Source: Chrysomallon squamiferum
Lineage: Eukaryota; Animalia; Mollusca
Reading direction: 5' to 3'
NCBI GenBank assembly: GCA_012295275.1
Contig: CM022665.1
Span: forward strand, 46,810,001 to 46,874,000
DNA: 64,000 nucleotides
Below are positions 43,086 through 58,200 of this stretch, piece after piece. The position numbers were made by a program, and so were the translations under genes. Under the pieces are notes generated by a model, which was given only the letters and a program-made list of their open reading frames with translations, had not been told where the DNA came from and searched no databases. Numbering within the stretch: the stretch's first letter is position 1; each line of letters opens with the position of its first letter.

Positions 43086-45939
43086 CTAGCACAGAAACTG
43101 TCAAGATTTTTCATCAACAAAATAAACAAAAGAATAAATTAATATATAAAATGGAAAAAAGTAAAAACCATACAACTTTAATCAGAAATAAAACCCTCAG
43201 AATTACAACTAAAGTTATATCTATAGCAGAACATGCATTTTATTATTTGAGAAGTTTGCATTAAATTTCATTAAAAAGAAAAAAAGGAATAAAAGGCATG
43301 AAATTTAAATTTATGAATGTTATCCCAGTTTTTATATTAATTGACATTTGATAATTTTCTGGGTACCATCATTATTGTCTGTTTAAGATTTGTAATAATT
43401 CACTATAATATTAATAATAGCTAAAAACTTTTGTTAATGAAACCATCATTTTCATTTAATTAATTGCATAACAAGAACAATGAGAATAAAATACAATTTT
43501 AATGGTTTATGTTTTTAATATGTACCTCTGTTATTGTATATACTTATCCTAAATGCCTAATTCCTTATCATTTTGTCTTCATTACCATCATTCCAGTCTC
43601 AGTATTTTAATCTATGAAAATATATTTTCTACTTTTCTAATGTTATCTTATACTAGATATATTTACTTGTATATAATTTTCTACCTAATATATGTATTGA
43701 TTTATTGATTTATCAATTTACGTATTTTTTTTTTTTAGTATAAATGCATCCGTTGTTATTTTTCATTTTTCAAAGTTGCTCTCAAAATGTAGTTCACAAT
43801 AATAGTAATTTACTTTATGTAGTTTAATGAAACTATAAGATAACAAAAATAATGTTAGTGCTCAAAAGATGGAAATTAAATTTTAATAAACTGTTTTTAT
43901 TAGGACAATTTGTCTTTGATTTCAATAATCAAAATATCATTCTTTGTATATTATATATGCCATATCTATATTATTTATGAAATATATTTAATAATAAAAA
44001 GTAAGTTTTTAATTGTGAGAATGTTCAGCCAGCCATTTCTAAATCATTTTTAAAACACAATTTTGTTATAATCAAGTTTGCAATTTTTTTTACATACTGC
44101 TTTGAACAATGTTATAAGAATATAATTTTACATTTTCAAATAACTGTTCAAAATTCATTTTCTTCATAATGTTATTTAATTATTTGTTTCCTGTGAGTAT
44201 TTTGTATAAAGACTGATTTGTTTTTAAATGCTAATAAAAAATAACAATAATCAGATAATTTGAATGTGCTGATGTTAATAGAATTTCATTCCATGAACAT
44301 GTATACATAATAGTCAAATATATATATACATATATATAAATATAAATTTCATTACATCTTATATTAATAAAATGTTTGATATTTTAAAAGTATCTTTTAA
44401 TTATTATTTACAAAAACAGTATTCAAAATCATTTAAGATTAAAATGCATTAGTTGAACTGTTATTTTATCTACATTTTATTTTAAATACAACTGTTTCAG
44501 AACAGTGAATTGTTAAATTGATCTGTTGATTTTTGATATTATAGCGACATTAAATAGCACATTTTTTGTATCCCAGTACCACCGTGTATGGTAGCATTGA
44601 TATATATGCTTTTTATTATCATATTCTTAATAAATAAACGCTGAAAAATGTAAATACTGTTTGTTTATTTATGTAAATTATACACACTACACCACACTGA
44701 AAATATGCTAGCTTACTGTGTGTAAAGTTACACACTGCTACAAGCGGAGGTTTCTTAACATTATCACAAAATGTTCACAGTACGCCGATTATTAATTGCA
44801 ATATTATTATTCAAATACTTATATTGGTAGGAAAGGCATTTATACAAACCTAAACACTTGTTTAATTGGTTGTTGGTTTTCTCCCCACAGCTCAACTTAG
44901 GAAATATTTCATGAGATTAACGCCGGCTGCGTTCCTTAATTCGGCCATAATTTTTAATTCGACGCCCAGAAAGTTCAGTAAACCAAATTATTGTCGGTGT
45001 AAACCGTGTAAGAATATAGTGCATTTATAAACGGGTTTTATTTTTTATTATTGTTTTTTCTTCATGGATTCTTTGTTTAAACAAAGCAACATTTGCTACA
45101 ATAGATCATTTGAAAAAATCTTAAATTGCAATCTACGGCACTGTATGAACTTCGCCCCAAAGTCGTTGTTTTGATCTAAAACTCAAGCAGCACATGTTAA
45201 AGACCATCAAAGGGCCTTCTTACTGTCTTATCTCTGACGAACAATTAGTTTCTCCTTTATTTTTGTTTATTGATGCATTTTAGCATTAAATGTTAAATCT
45301 GACATCAGTTGTATAAAAACAAGATAATGTTTTTAATACTGTGTTGATTAGCTGAACACAACTTCTTCCACATTAACATTCATCGACACTGAACTGGTAT
45401 TTGAACATTAGTTATTATAATAATTAAATTAATTTAGGCGTAATACAATCATACGTCATCTTCAGATTGTAATACATCTGAAAAATGTCTTCTGTCAATT
45501 GGGTTAATATTCATAAATTTTCTAAACTTTTAAAAATAACACTTTACCTGTCAATAATAATAATAATAATTATTATTATTATTATACATGGCCATAACTA
45601 GACTCTTTTAAATGAGGCAAAAACACTTAATCGCCGAGCGGAGCGGTTCAAATCAGATTCGGGCGAGAGGAAAAAAAAAAATCGTCAGTTTCCTTATGAG
45701 GCATTTCGTTTTCACAGAGTGCATGAGTGAAAAAATAATGTGCTAATCGGAGCAAGCTGTCGTGAAGCACATCTGCGACAGTCATGTTCTGATAAAGCCT
45801 ATCTGTGGCAGGATCTTTTCAGTTTCATGACTGCAGTGCGACGCGAAAAGGAAGACAACTCTGCTTTGAAGTTCAGCGGTTCGGTAATCGTTTTTCAGCA
45901 GATACCACGTAACGATCTTCTGTGTAACGGACGAATAAC

Positions 45940-46017
<78 letters not shown>

Positions 46018-46343
46018 TCTTAAACTCATTTTTACATTTACAAGTATATTTGTCTCTACATGTATAATAACACATATATTTAAAATAAGTATATAATTAT
46101 GCAAATCAGAAATATTATAATAAATATGTTTTATATTTCATTTATATATCAACAAAATATGTAGACTTTGTAAGCTTAAATATAATTTAAACAATATTTA
46201 TAGTAGTTATGTATTTTGGACGAGTTACTGCAGATCATTTATAAATAAAAGTTATTATATTTTTATTCTGGTTGTTTTAAACTGTTAAAAGTAATTATTT
46301 TTACTGTTTTGTTTAAGTTGGTTAAATTGTGTGAGGGTGTAGG

Positions 46344-46462
<119 letters not shown>

Positions 46463-47569
46463 GAGAAAGATAGTGTGTGTGTTAAAGAAAAGACAGAGGA
46501 AAAGAAAGACATGCAAATGGTTTGACATCTTTTTCTATTAAAATTTCCTTACACGGCTGTTTGGTTGTAAACATTTATTATAAAAAATAGTCTCTTCTTT
46601 TCCTTTCAATGTCGCAATCACAGTATCCACGTTTAATGGAAAGACGTCGCTCAGTGTTATCACATCTCTTGAAACACAAATAAATGTACACCATGTAGCT
46701 ACTGGCCCGCTTATCTGTTGTCTAGAAAGGACCTTCCTGCTTATTTGTATAGCCTTTAGGAAAACGTAATTTTGATCCGACCGCTTAGAGTAACTGATAA
46801 AGACATGGAAATGAAATTCATGCCAAAGCGATAACTTACTGATTTGTGTATAATTGGGAAGGCCAGACCTTTCAAAGTTTGAAATGAAATGTGTAACAAA
46901 GATTGGTTTTTCAAGTATCAGACAAAAGCAAATGTTATGTTATGAACTTTAAAGTTCAATACCTTTGTAAAACTCAAAACTGAATTTTAAAGGTGCTAAA
47001 CACAAATCATACACACACAAACACACAGACTCATTCACCCTATATATAAATTTTAGGTATATGTTTTAATAGATATGTTTTATTATGTGATGTTATTATG
47101 TAAGTATGTATGTATGTATGTATGTATGTATGTGTGTACGTTTGTATGAATGTATGTATGTGTGTGTATGTATGCATGAATATATATATGCATGTATGTT
47201 TAAGATAGATTTTCTGATGAATTTTGACTTGTTTCGTTTTTTTATTTTATTTTTTTTTATTTATTTTTCGTTTTTCTGATAACAGATAATGATCAAGAAG
47301 ATACATTGGACATGCGAACATTAATGGAAAAAAAACTTCAGTGGTGTTGTGTTTGACCCAACGAAGACATTTCATCATTCTTGAACTTTGGCAGAAAGTC
47401 TAAATGTTTGGCTGAAACAAGAGAGTGTTAGCAGAGTCAGCAGTTTGATAAGACTGAAATGAAATACAATATCTTCTAAAGATAAATATAAAACGTTCGC
47501 AAATCCATGAAGGGAGTACGGATGGATTATAGGAACTGCTAAATTGAAGTTTAATGGATTATTTGAATA

Positions 47570-47800
47570 AGAAGAAGAAGAAAATTCTCTTCAAGCGGAA
47601 AGAACGCGACTAGCCAATTAAGGAAAACAACACTATGATGACGGTGTACATACATGTGAGTCTAACTAGCGAATCAGAATTACGGACGTTCCGATAACAG
47701 CTTATGTCCTTATTGGTGGAAGTAGCCAATCAGAAATGGGGAAACTTTGACAGAGCGTTTACGTTATGTGAGAGAAAAGGACACTGATATCATGCACTCA
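47570..47800. promoter_or_regulatory. CCAAT-box cluster ~1.5 kb upstream of gene 3; homolog tandemly duplicated at 8910-9480
   Basis: CCAAT at 47614, ATTGG at 47712 and AGCCAATCAG (CCAAT at 47726) in a CpG-containing block. Confidence 0.35.
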
Positions 47801-49270
47801 GACATTTATGAAAAAATAAAATACAAAAAAAAGAATACAGAGGATTGTTGTATAGGCACACATATTTGTGTCTCTGTGTGAGGGGAGGACGTTGTTAAAC
47901 TAGAAATAAAACTTCTTCATTGTGAAAACTTTTATCTCCAATCTTAGTATTGAGGTCACTTATCTTAGAGAGATTGATCCGTTCGTTATAAATGTTTATC
48001 TACGTGTCAAATGACTTGCCCAGTTTTTGTTTTTAATAAAGTTGATATAAAGTATTTTGTCATTCAGTCTAAGAAAGCTTACGAAGTAACCAGAATAAAT
48101 AAATTAATAGAAATAAATAAATAAAAACCAAAAGAATAATAATAAAAAATAAAATTTAAATAAAATAAATAAATTAAAAAATAAATAACTTAGTAAGTGA
48201 GTAAATAAATAAATAAACAAATAAAAAATAAATAAATACTACTATTAAAAGTACTACCATTACTACTACTACTAATAATAATAACAATGAAAACAAAACA
48301 TCATTTAAGTATAAGAACTTATATAAAGTATTATGATTATGTAATTATTTATTTCAATTATTCTGCAGTAGAAAAAGAAGGAGAAAAAGATTCTTAAGAA
48401 AACAAACAGTTTAGTGTTGTGTATTAATAAAAAAACAAACAATGGCTGTTTTGATAACTGATTAGAAAAATCAACTGGAAGTTAATCAAAACTTCATATT
48501 ATGATTATTATTTCTTCAAAAAATCTTGTAATATATCTATATATATTTCAGTAATCCTTCATCTAACGTAATTATTTTTTACAGAAAATTAAAAAAAATT
48601 ATTTATTTATTTATTTATTTATTATTTTTAAAGAAACTATTGCCCTAATTTTACTTTTCAATATATAAAGTTTCAATAATTCTCTTTCCGTCCTGTATCA
48701 GACAAAATGTTTGTCAAAACATTTATTATATATTGCCCCGTCTATGAGAAACTGCAAATAAAACATTCTCCTTCCAAACAGAAAACGAAACGGCATTAAT
48801 ATTAATTCTTGGTTATCACAGTCATGCAAGAAACACATGACTGATAATCTTTAATATTAAACGGGTTTGAGGTAGGCTTCTAAACAATTAATCATGAAAA
48901 CAGGTATCTGCGATATATACAGACAAAGGTCTCTGATAAAAATTACTTCAAGGAAGATACTACAGATAAAGAATCGTGTATTGGGATATAGTACACAGAT
49001 AAAATAAAATAAAAATCTGTACATACAATCACATGATGATATCACTAAGAAATGATTGTTTGTAAGTGTAAGAAAGTCAACTAAACGCATTCGGAGGGTT
49101 GAAATAAGTAGACATATTTTAGTTGATGTTAAATATTACTGTTTAATCAGGTATATAATATAAAAAGTCGTTATATAAACTATTTTCTAACGTCACTGAA
49201 GAACGTCTGGGTACTATGAGGCAATGTATATCCACTAAGAAATTGTAAAACACTGTCAACGGACGGCGCC

Positions 49271-52200
49271 ATGTTTTCTTCAAAATTCATTCTACCTGGA
49301 TTATTCTGTGTCACTGCTCTCATCTTCACCTGCTGTATTCAGGTAAATTTATGTTTGAAATTTTACCTGTCTGCCTACTAGTTCAACTTTGATCTCAACA
49401 TTTTTAAAAGATATACTATTTTCATTAATTTGAAGTGAGATTATTTACTTACTTACGTATTTACTTATTTATTTACTTTGTTACTAAGTTTGTCAGTTAT
49501 TTGTTTATTTATTTGTTACTTTAATCCACTTTGTCAAATTACAGGACTTTACAGTACATTTTAAATAAGTTTTGAAAAAAATAAATTATTAGTAAAAATT
49601 ATTTTTATTATTATTATTATTATTATAATTCTACTACTACTGAAGGACAACGTGTTATAAAGAAACTTTGAAATTTTTGAATAAACCTAAATAATGAAAT
49701 TTTTAATAATACAGTCTTTGATAGTAATTAACAATGTCAACAAAAATGAATGGATTTTTGGAAATAAACTGTGTTTATTTAATCATCACTATAATTAAAT
49801 ACAATTAAATCGGAAAATATTAATTTATATTTTTATATACAATTTATGACAGATTTAGCAATTAATTTTAAAATGCAAAAATAAACAAAAATTAGGGAGA
49901 AAATAACCGTTCGTAACAGATAAGACGGCCCTTTGCGGTGTTTGCCGGTTATAGCGATATTTTAGCTATTTCAGCCAAATAAGTTTGATGTCGCACTTTT
50001 GATGTGTGATGTTTCTGAATGTTCTGGACATTCGAAACTTATCATGAAATAAACTGTATTTATGCTATGCAAATGTAATTCATAATTCATATTTCAGATG
50101 TATACAATAGCATTATACATTACGTTCTGATTATTGTAACATATAGATTTCTTTTCATATCACCAGACTCATCCGACCAGAGTAGGCAGTTACAATATGA
50201 TGGTCTTTAACATGAACAAATGGTTTCAAACTGTCTTCTAGATCTTAAATTATGAATAAATAAAAGTGGGACTTTGAATTAGTAATAAAATATCCATTTA
50301 CGTACCATTTTCCAAAAATACTGATGTGAAAAATTTGAGAATGGATTACAGGTGTAAAAAAACACCAAGCAGAAACATATTCTAACAAAACAAAATAAAA
50401 CTAAACAACAACAAAACAATGACCATCCAAACGATCAGTGCTGTTAATCACAGAAATATTAACACAGCTGAATATTTTTTTTTATTACTAATTCTCCTAT
50501 GCAGTGTAGTTTTTATAAAATCATAAAAATCTTCTTTTCACCACTTTCAAAAACTTTATTTCTGTAAAAAGCATCACCATCATCATCATCATTCTGATTG
50601 TTATTGAATACAGCTACAAATGAGATTATTCGATATATGATTTTACTTATACTACATTTATTAGCATTTCAAATCTAAAATATTAAAATGACTAACATTC
50701 TTATTAAAGCACTGAAATATCTGGCTATATAACAATAGCTGAATCTTAGAATACTGTTTTGTATTTACTAGGTAAGTTTTAAAAATCTGCTGTGTTTGTT
50801 ACTGAAAACAATATATATTTAATTTAGTGTGTTTCAGATTTCTGTCTGTTCTTCGGGTGTCGAGTGTAAAACAAAAGACAACTGTACAGTACATAACAGC
50901 TTCTGTAACAACACAGAATGTGCAGGTTAGTGATGGTTTCTATCAACAAAACACAACATGTTTACCTAGTAAGTCATTTCAATAATATGTATGTTCATAA
51001 TTTTAATATTAAAATGTTATAATAACAGGTATCTGTGTTAAAAGTACATCTATATTGGGTTGGGTTGAAAGGCTAATAAAGGATATGTTAGTTTAATGTG
51101 CAGAGACATGAGAACTGTTTTTCAGTCTATTCTAGAATGTTAATTATTTACTTTTTCATGATTTTTGTTGTTTGCATATCATGCTTCAGTTTTTGGTTCT
51201 TTTATATTTTGTTTTTATCTCTTGGATGAATATATTTGAGAAACCCAGTATCAGCCTTTCATAAAACTAATAATGAAAATTGTGTATTTATTTTGCTAAG
51301 CAAGTCTGTGAGAATGATAGTGGGTAATAGCCATGACATATATAATGCTATTATTATTATTATTATTATTATTATTTTTGTATGCAAATAACCTGCATTG
51401 ATTAGTACTACTAAATGTATTTAAAACTATTCTTTTTCATATATGTTTTTTTGAAAAAGGAATTCTATCTTTACTTGCTAGTACAATAATTATTGCTGAA
51501 TCATTCCTTGCATATATAGTGAGAGGTTTGATGGCCTGAACAATAATAAATATTATATAGGATTAAGACAATAATTTAGTAACGATTATTGCATTATCAG
51601 CAAACTCTGTTACCAACTTTGTACATGTTTACATCGATAAAGGTGTTTATTGAATCTGCAGAATGAAAGCTGATTTTGTATGAAATGAAATATTTATATG
51701 TTCACTTGAAATTTGATTTCCAGATTCCATTTTTGTATATTTTCTATGTCAAATGGTTGCCATATGACTCTTGTCCATTTTACATATCTTTTGACAAATA
51801 TTTATCATGGTAGTCTAAACTTGTTCTTTATATGTTTAATGGTAAAGAAACGTATGCATCAAAAGATGTTTGGCTTATGAAATTTTAAGTCCAGATTAGT
51901 TTTACTAATAATAAATTCATGAAATGTAGATAGTATTTAGGAGCTTTTGGCCATACTGAACTTATTTTCAAACTAAGTATTAACTTTGCGCCAACATACA
52001 CCTAGAACCCTTTCTAGTTTTGCCTTGTTACATTTGAAATACCTCATCAATATTCATTTGATAACTCAAGTCATTATTTTGGGTACCAAGGTGCACAATT
52101 TGCAGACGAATATCAACCAGGAAAATCAGATTAGTAATGGAAATTAATAACCTGGAAAATCATGAGAAGGGTGGAAAGAAGGAGAAGAAGAAAAAACAGA

Positions 52201-55200
52201 AGAAGAAAAAGAAGAAAATAATTAATAATTAGAAAAAAAAACACCTTATAAAATAGTAACATGACGTCAAATATTATTTGCTGAAGGAAATAAAACAATA
52301 TATATATTTTTTAATTTATAAATCGGTTGACAAACAAATTAAAAAGATGATCATAATAAAAAATAAAAAAATAAAATAAAATAAATAAACAATCAACCAA
52401 AACATAGCAGATTATTACTCTAAAAGTACTGCTTGTCTTAAAAGTGAGTAAAATTGTCAATTAAAAAATAAAATGATTCTAGAACGCAAAATGTAATTAT
52501 AGAACCCATGACTCTCTATATAGAGAACAAAAGATTTCACTGTTGCTTTTGACATCGCCTTGAATTATATTTATACTTTTGCAAAAAGAATTAAGACAAT
52601 ATTTTTTTGGTTCCTGAATATAACTTACTGATGTTTGTAGGAATGTTTCTGAGAAATACATATAGAAATTATAATTCTATAAGGAATATATTGCTATAGA
52701 ATAATATAAGATATATTTTCAGAAAAAAGTCTTGAAGAAAAATGTATAGGAACCAAAGAATGTGAACAGGAACATACTGAATGTGTTAAAGATGGTTCTG
52801 GCGTTAAGACGTGCCTGTGTCAACTCCGGTTTTATCCAACACAAGACATTTGTAAGAACAGTAAGTAACTGACTGATTAATGTTATGAAATTATGAAACA
52901 ATAAAGAATTATTTGAAAAATTGCATGTTTCCTAATAGATATACATCCTTTAATTACACAGTTTCTATTTTCTAATTTCTAGTTTTATCTAAAAAAGAAA
53001 TATATATATATATATATATATATAGTTCTATGACAAATGTTTATTTGCATTACATGAAGAACTTTAAAAGAGTTATGTAAGCTTTGTAATTATAAAATGC
53101 TTCATTGGAAATATGTCTCCTTTCTGGAGGAAGATGGTATTCGTACCACAACTGTGTCTAAAAAGTTATGGTTATTTCACTGACTGTAAAAAATAAAATA
53201 ACATTTTAAGACTATGTGTTACATGATTTTGTAACATTATGATTGATTCAGTTAATTACTATTTTGTTACAGCTGAAAATCTGAAGGTAAGAAATGTGCA
53301 GCAGAAATTCGCTAATGTAACATCAGTAACAGTACAGTGGACTGAACCAACAGATATGTCTGTAGTAGATTCTTATATCTTGTCATTGCAACCAGCAACT
53401 GACAATAACAATATCATTGTACTTAAAGGGAAAAATGAAACAGAAATAAATAATCTTCAGCCAGGACGTTTGTACACTGTAAATGTCACAACAATTATTT
53501 TGTATAAAGAACAGCAAGTGTCAGTGAAAAATATACAAGTTAGAACTAGTAAGTATTGTTTTCTCAAACTCTGTTTAGTGCTGATCCATGAGTTTATTGA
53601 CATTTCATGCTATTTGTTTCATTGTATTAGTTTTCTTATTTATATGTCTGTAGGATGTCAAAAGTATGTAATATTAAAATACACTGGTTAAGATGTCAAA
53701 AATGTAAAGCATTTAAGAGCAACTATCAGCAAAAACATAACTGACTATTGCTTAGTATCACATTTGTAATCTATATGAAGCTTGAAAGTTCTGAGTTGAT
53801 TTCGAATATAGTTGTCAATTCATTTGCAATAATTGACTGCCCTTCCTTTAAACATTACCAACGAGCTAACAAAATGTTATCTAATGAAATGTGACGTCAC
53901 ACAAATTAAAGCAAAGATCAGTACCATCATGTACAAGAAAAACAGCAAATAATGGTACTTGAATTGTAGACTGTTTTAAATATGCAACAATAATAAAGAC
54001 TTACACGAAAAATGCACTCCATAAATTTGTAAAAGATTAGACATCAGGGTAATCACGGAAGCAAAATGTTAACTGCAAAATTAAAAAATAATATATAAAA
54101 TATACAAAAATAAACAAATGAGTTGACAGTGCATAGAAATACTCTAAAAATGGCTTAAATTTAACAAATTGCATTGTATTTTCTTTATTATTACTTTTTG
54201 TTTAGGATATTCATATCTGGACACTGATGTGGTTATTTGCATAATTCAAAACTAGATATCTGATCCTTTCTAGGCCATGTAAATGTATTATGGACAGATA
54301 AGGAATTAAAATATGTCTTCAGAATTTTTGTATGACATCACATACATGAGACATGATGTAACTGACCCAAATTATGTAATATTTACATACAAATTACAAG
54401 TCAGTTGTCAGAGACGATGAATTTATTCCTTTATTGACTATTGGAATGATGTTTGGTCTGTTTAATCCTGCAGATTGGAGGAATCGATCATTAAAACGTT
54501 TTTATCTCAGATAATAATTCGGAGACTTGTGACATGTTGCACTGACCTACCATATGCCTGTGAGGTAAACTTCAGAACTGGAATGCACAGTTGTTATGCA
54601 CATCATATATGATCTATCAAACACAACTTTGAAGCAACTGCTGTAACTGATCTTGTTCATGAAATATCAGAGACATGCACTGAACCATATTGTCCAAAGT
54701 ATATATGTCAGAAATTATTTGACTACTTTGGAGACTGTGTACTGATCACCACAGACAGGATGTTGTGACATCCAGGACTGCATCAGTGCAGATTCTGCAT
54801 TATTTTTATGATGTGCCTGAAATGGATAGTGATCTCAGCAGAACTCATTAAATCTGACCTTAAAGATGTTGACAGGTTAAAAGGTGAAAACACAGATTCA
54901 TTTCAAATAAGATATCTTGAATGTATTTTAAGCTAACTGCCTGAAACCATTTGGCTTTTTTTGTAGGATTGTTTCCCTGGAAAGACATCTGGTCTTAAAG
55001 TCGCTAGTTGGCATATGTATCATACAAAATGCAAGGCCTAGAAAAATTGTTGTACCTATCTTTTCAGTATAGGTGTGCAGTTGCATCATTTGCATGTTTC
55101 AAGGATTTCAAACTGTACAGCAAGGTTTCATGATAACTACCCGTTAACAGGTCACTTTGGTCACTATACTGTTGCCAATGACGAACATAACCTAAGCATG

Positions 55201-58200
55201 TTAGATGATTTTGTCTGCAAGATATCGTTTCCACTCTGTCCTATGAGGCCAGAGAAGTCAGAAATGATGGAGGCTTATACATGGTTGACCATAATGGTAA
55301 ATCATCTGTTCACTTCCTCCCCATGACTGATATGGATCACACCATTTTATCTTGTGTATATTACACTTTGCTATTTGTTGTCTCTGTAAAAAAGCATAGC
55401 TGAATTCCAATCCTGATCTTTGATCAGCCTTTATGATTAAAAGTATGGACAATCATTCATCGTGAACTTAAGACAGTAGTCTTAAAATTAGGTGGTTTTT
55501 ACACCCTGATGATGTGTGCCCTGAGGTTTTAGGGAAATGCTTGAATTGATCTATGCTGTAAATGTAATACACTAAATGGTATTTTGGAAACATACGCGAT
55601 ATAATGCAATGCTCAATTCATTACATATATCAGAAGCATAACACCTCTTAATATCATGTGTTGGATGAAGAATTATTCCTTCACAGAAACCACTTTAAGA
55701 TAATCCTGGCATAATTTTTGATGGATATTCACAAGATCCATCCACCAAAAATATTACCCTTGAAAGGTGAACAAACAGAAAAGCTGGTCCAATGATTTTA
55801 GTGCAGATGGCAATGCTGATTTCATGATAGTGAAAACCTGTGTTAAGTATTCGTCTTCAGCCTGCATCCACCTAATATGTAAAGATATAGACGACTGTGT
55901 TGTTTCTACTGCCCTGATGATAAAGAAATCGGAAAAAAAAACTAAAAAGAAGAATCTGGGATCTTGTATACCTGAGACAGCAGTTAGGAAAGGAATTATT
56001 GAATGAACTGCCAGTGATTTGTCATTAAAGGATGTGACACAACATCCAGGATATTAAGAATGATGAAAGGGGCATCTCCCAAGAAATGCATAAATGCCGA
56101 GTTCAAGGTATTTCTGAATATTCTGATTTGAGGGGAACTTGAAGCAGGTGAGCTTGAAATGTCAGGAGAACAAGTTATTTTTTTTTTTGTTATTTGGTGG
56201 AAAGACGGAAGAAAAAGTTTTCAGAAAAGGTTGCCACCAGTCCTAAGTATGTTAAAGTTCAGACATTGTGTTACTTTGCATTGCTCCTTACTTAAAAATG
56301 CAACTGATTGGTCCATTTCGAACACAGGTTGCAAAGGTTCGCTATAGTAACACTACTGATGTTGCTCTTGACACTGATTATGAAGAATTAGATCAAGTGT
56401 TTTAAGAAGATGGCAAATAGAACCATATATAAATATCTATACCAACCTCTTTATCCTGCCTCCAGAAATGGTTTGAGAGAAGGGATGGTCCCAGTATAGG
56501 CAGAAACGAAACTTAATATTGGTTCACAGTTTCCATGTAATGGTGATATAGCATACAGTTTGTAATTCATTTGTTTTACCAACTGCCAGTGCTTGTGAAT
56601 ACTTTTTCATCACGTGGGTTATTTTCATTTGCATGAATACATTTGACTGAAAATTTATCTCTTTCACATTCTATCTCCAACTGATAATATTTATAGGACA
56701 GGTTGAAACTTAATATCCATTAAAAACAAAGTGTTTTCATAAAGACATTTTATAAATACCCTGCAACAGATCAAAAGAAACACTTTACAAGACTGAGCAA
56801 AACCAGAGATTTTCATTGAGGCAAATTATAAAACTAGTTGTAATAAAACAACAGGAGACCAAACATAGCATTATAAATAATATTTCCTTCCATAAATATA
56901 AAAAAAGTATCTTAATTGCTCTTCTATAGATCCAACGTACCTGCAATATTTGAGTAAAAATGTATTTATAATGAAAAGAATTAATGTATTTACAGTTTTC
57001 TAATTTAAATATTTGTTATCAATACTAACTCAACAGGTCTGTTAAAATTAATTTAAATAAAGTTAATCCCACAGTGATGTTTATATATCTGATTATAATT
57101 TAATATTATTGAGTATTATTCTTTTCTACAATTTTCTTTTAATCTGTGTCTGTCTAGAAACTGAGTACAATCAGAGTTGTATACAAGGAGCTGTGTGTTT
57201 TTATAACAATACTTCTTGTAATAACAATCTTAATCGGTGTCTGTGCACTCACAACTTTTTCTGGAATGGAGAACAATGTCAACAAGGTAAGTAAAATGAT
57301 AACACAATTAGCCTAATACTGTTATAATTAAGAAAATAATGCATCCAGTATTATATGTATTTTGTAATTTTTAAATTCATAATATTATTAATAATTTGAA
57401 ACTTTTAAAGACTAATATTTATCGCTAAATCCGAATTAAAAAAAAAAAATGTATTTGGTATCATTTTTGTTTTGGTAAAATCATTAAAGGTCAGCAGAAA
57501 ATGGCATCAGTTGTCTAAAAATACCATTTAATATGAAAATGTTTTCGATGAGAAAATTGTGCTTTCTAAGATCAGCAGTTAACATAGATTCAGTTCTAAG
57601 GAACATAATTAAAATCCCTGCCCATGTTTGAAAATAATGAAATTTGTGTGATGAGAAATAGTAATGTTCCTTTCAACTGTAGCTTTTTAAACTGCTTGAC
57701 TGTTAAATGAAACAAATATACAGAACATAAAAAAATTCCATATGAATATAAATAGGATTTGATGCTTTTTAACAAAGACAAGTAAACACTCAGCTATTTC
57801 TTTAACAGTGACTGATCTCAAGCCAAAGAAAATTAATTTTACAAATATTAATCGTAAAAACATCACAGTGACATGGCAAAAAGAAACTGAGGTTTCTGTA
57901 ATATCCTGGTATGAAATATCATGGACACCATTCAGTGGCAAAAAGAGTGAACTGAATAGGTCAAGAGAATCAGTAGTAATAACCATGTTGAAAGCTGGAA
58001 CGAAGTATACAGTGACTGTAACAACAGTTGTTAAAGATAACTCGAAAATACACAGAATTAACAAAACAGCGACAGTTACAGCAAATGATTGGTGTTTGTC
58101 CTTTTGTTCATCTAAATGTTAAATCACACTAAAATAAATGGAAGACATCCGTGCTTGAAATTTCTAGAAAATATTCATGTATTTATATATAATTTTAAAG

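Noticed and set aside
54271-54315. Possible left TIR (taggccatgtaaatgtattatgg...) pairing with ~56665-56700
   Set aside because: Similarity is too weak by eye to call; needs a family consensus
55075-56347. Short + strand ORFs (83, 79 and 62 aa) as independent genes or exons of gene 3
   Set aside because: They are fragments of the decayed transposon reading frame
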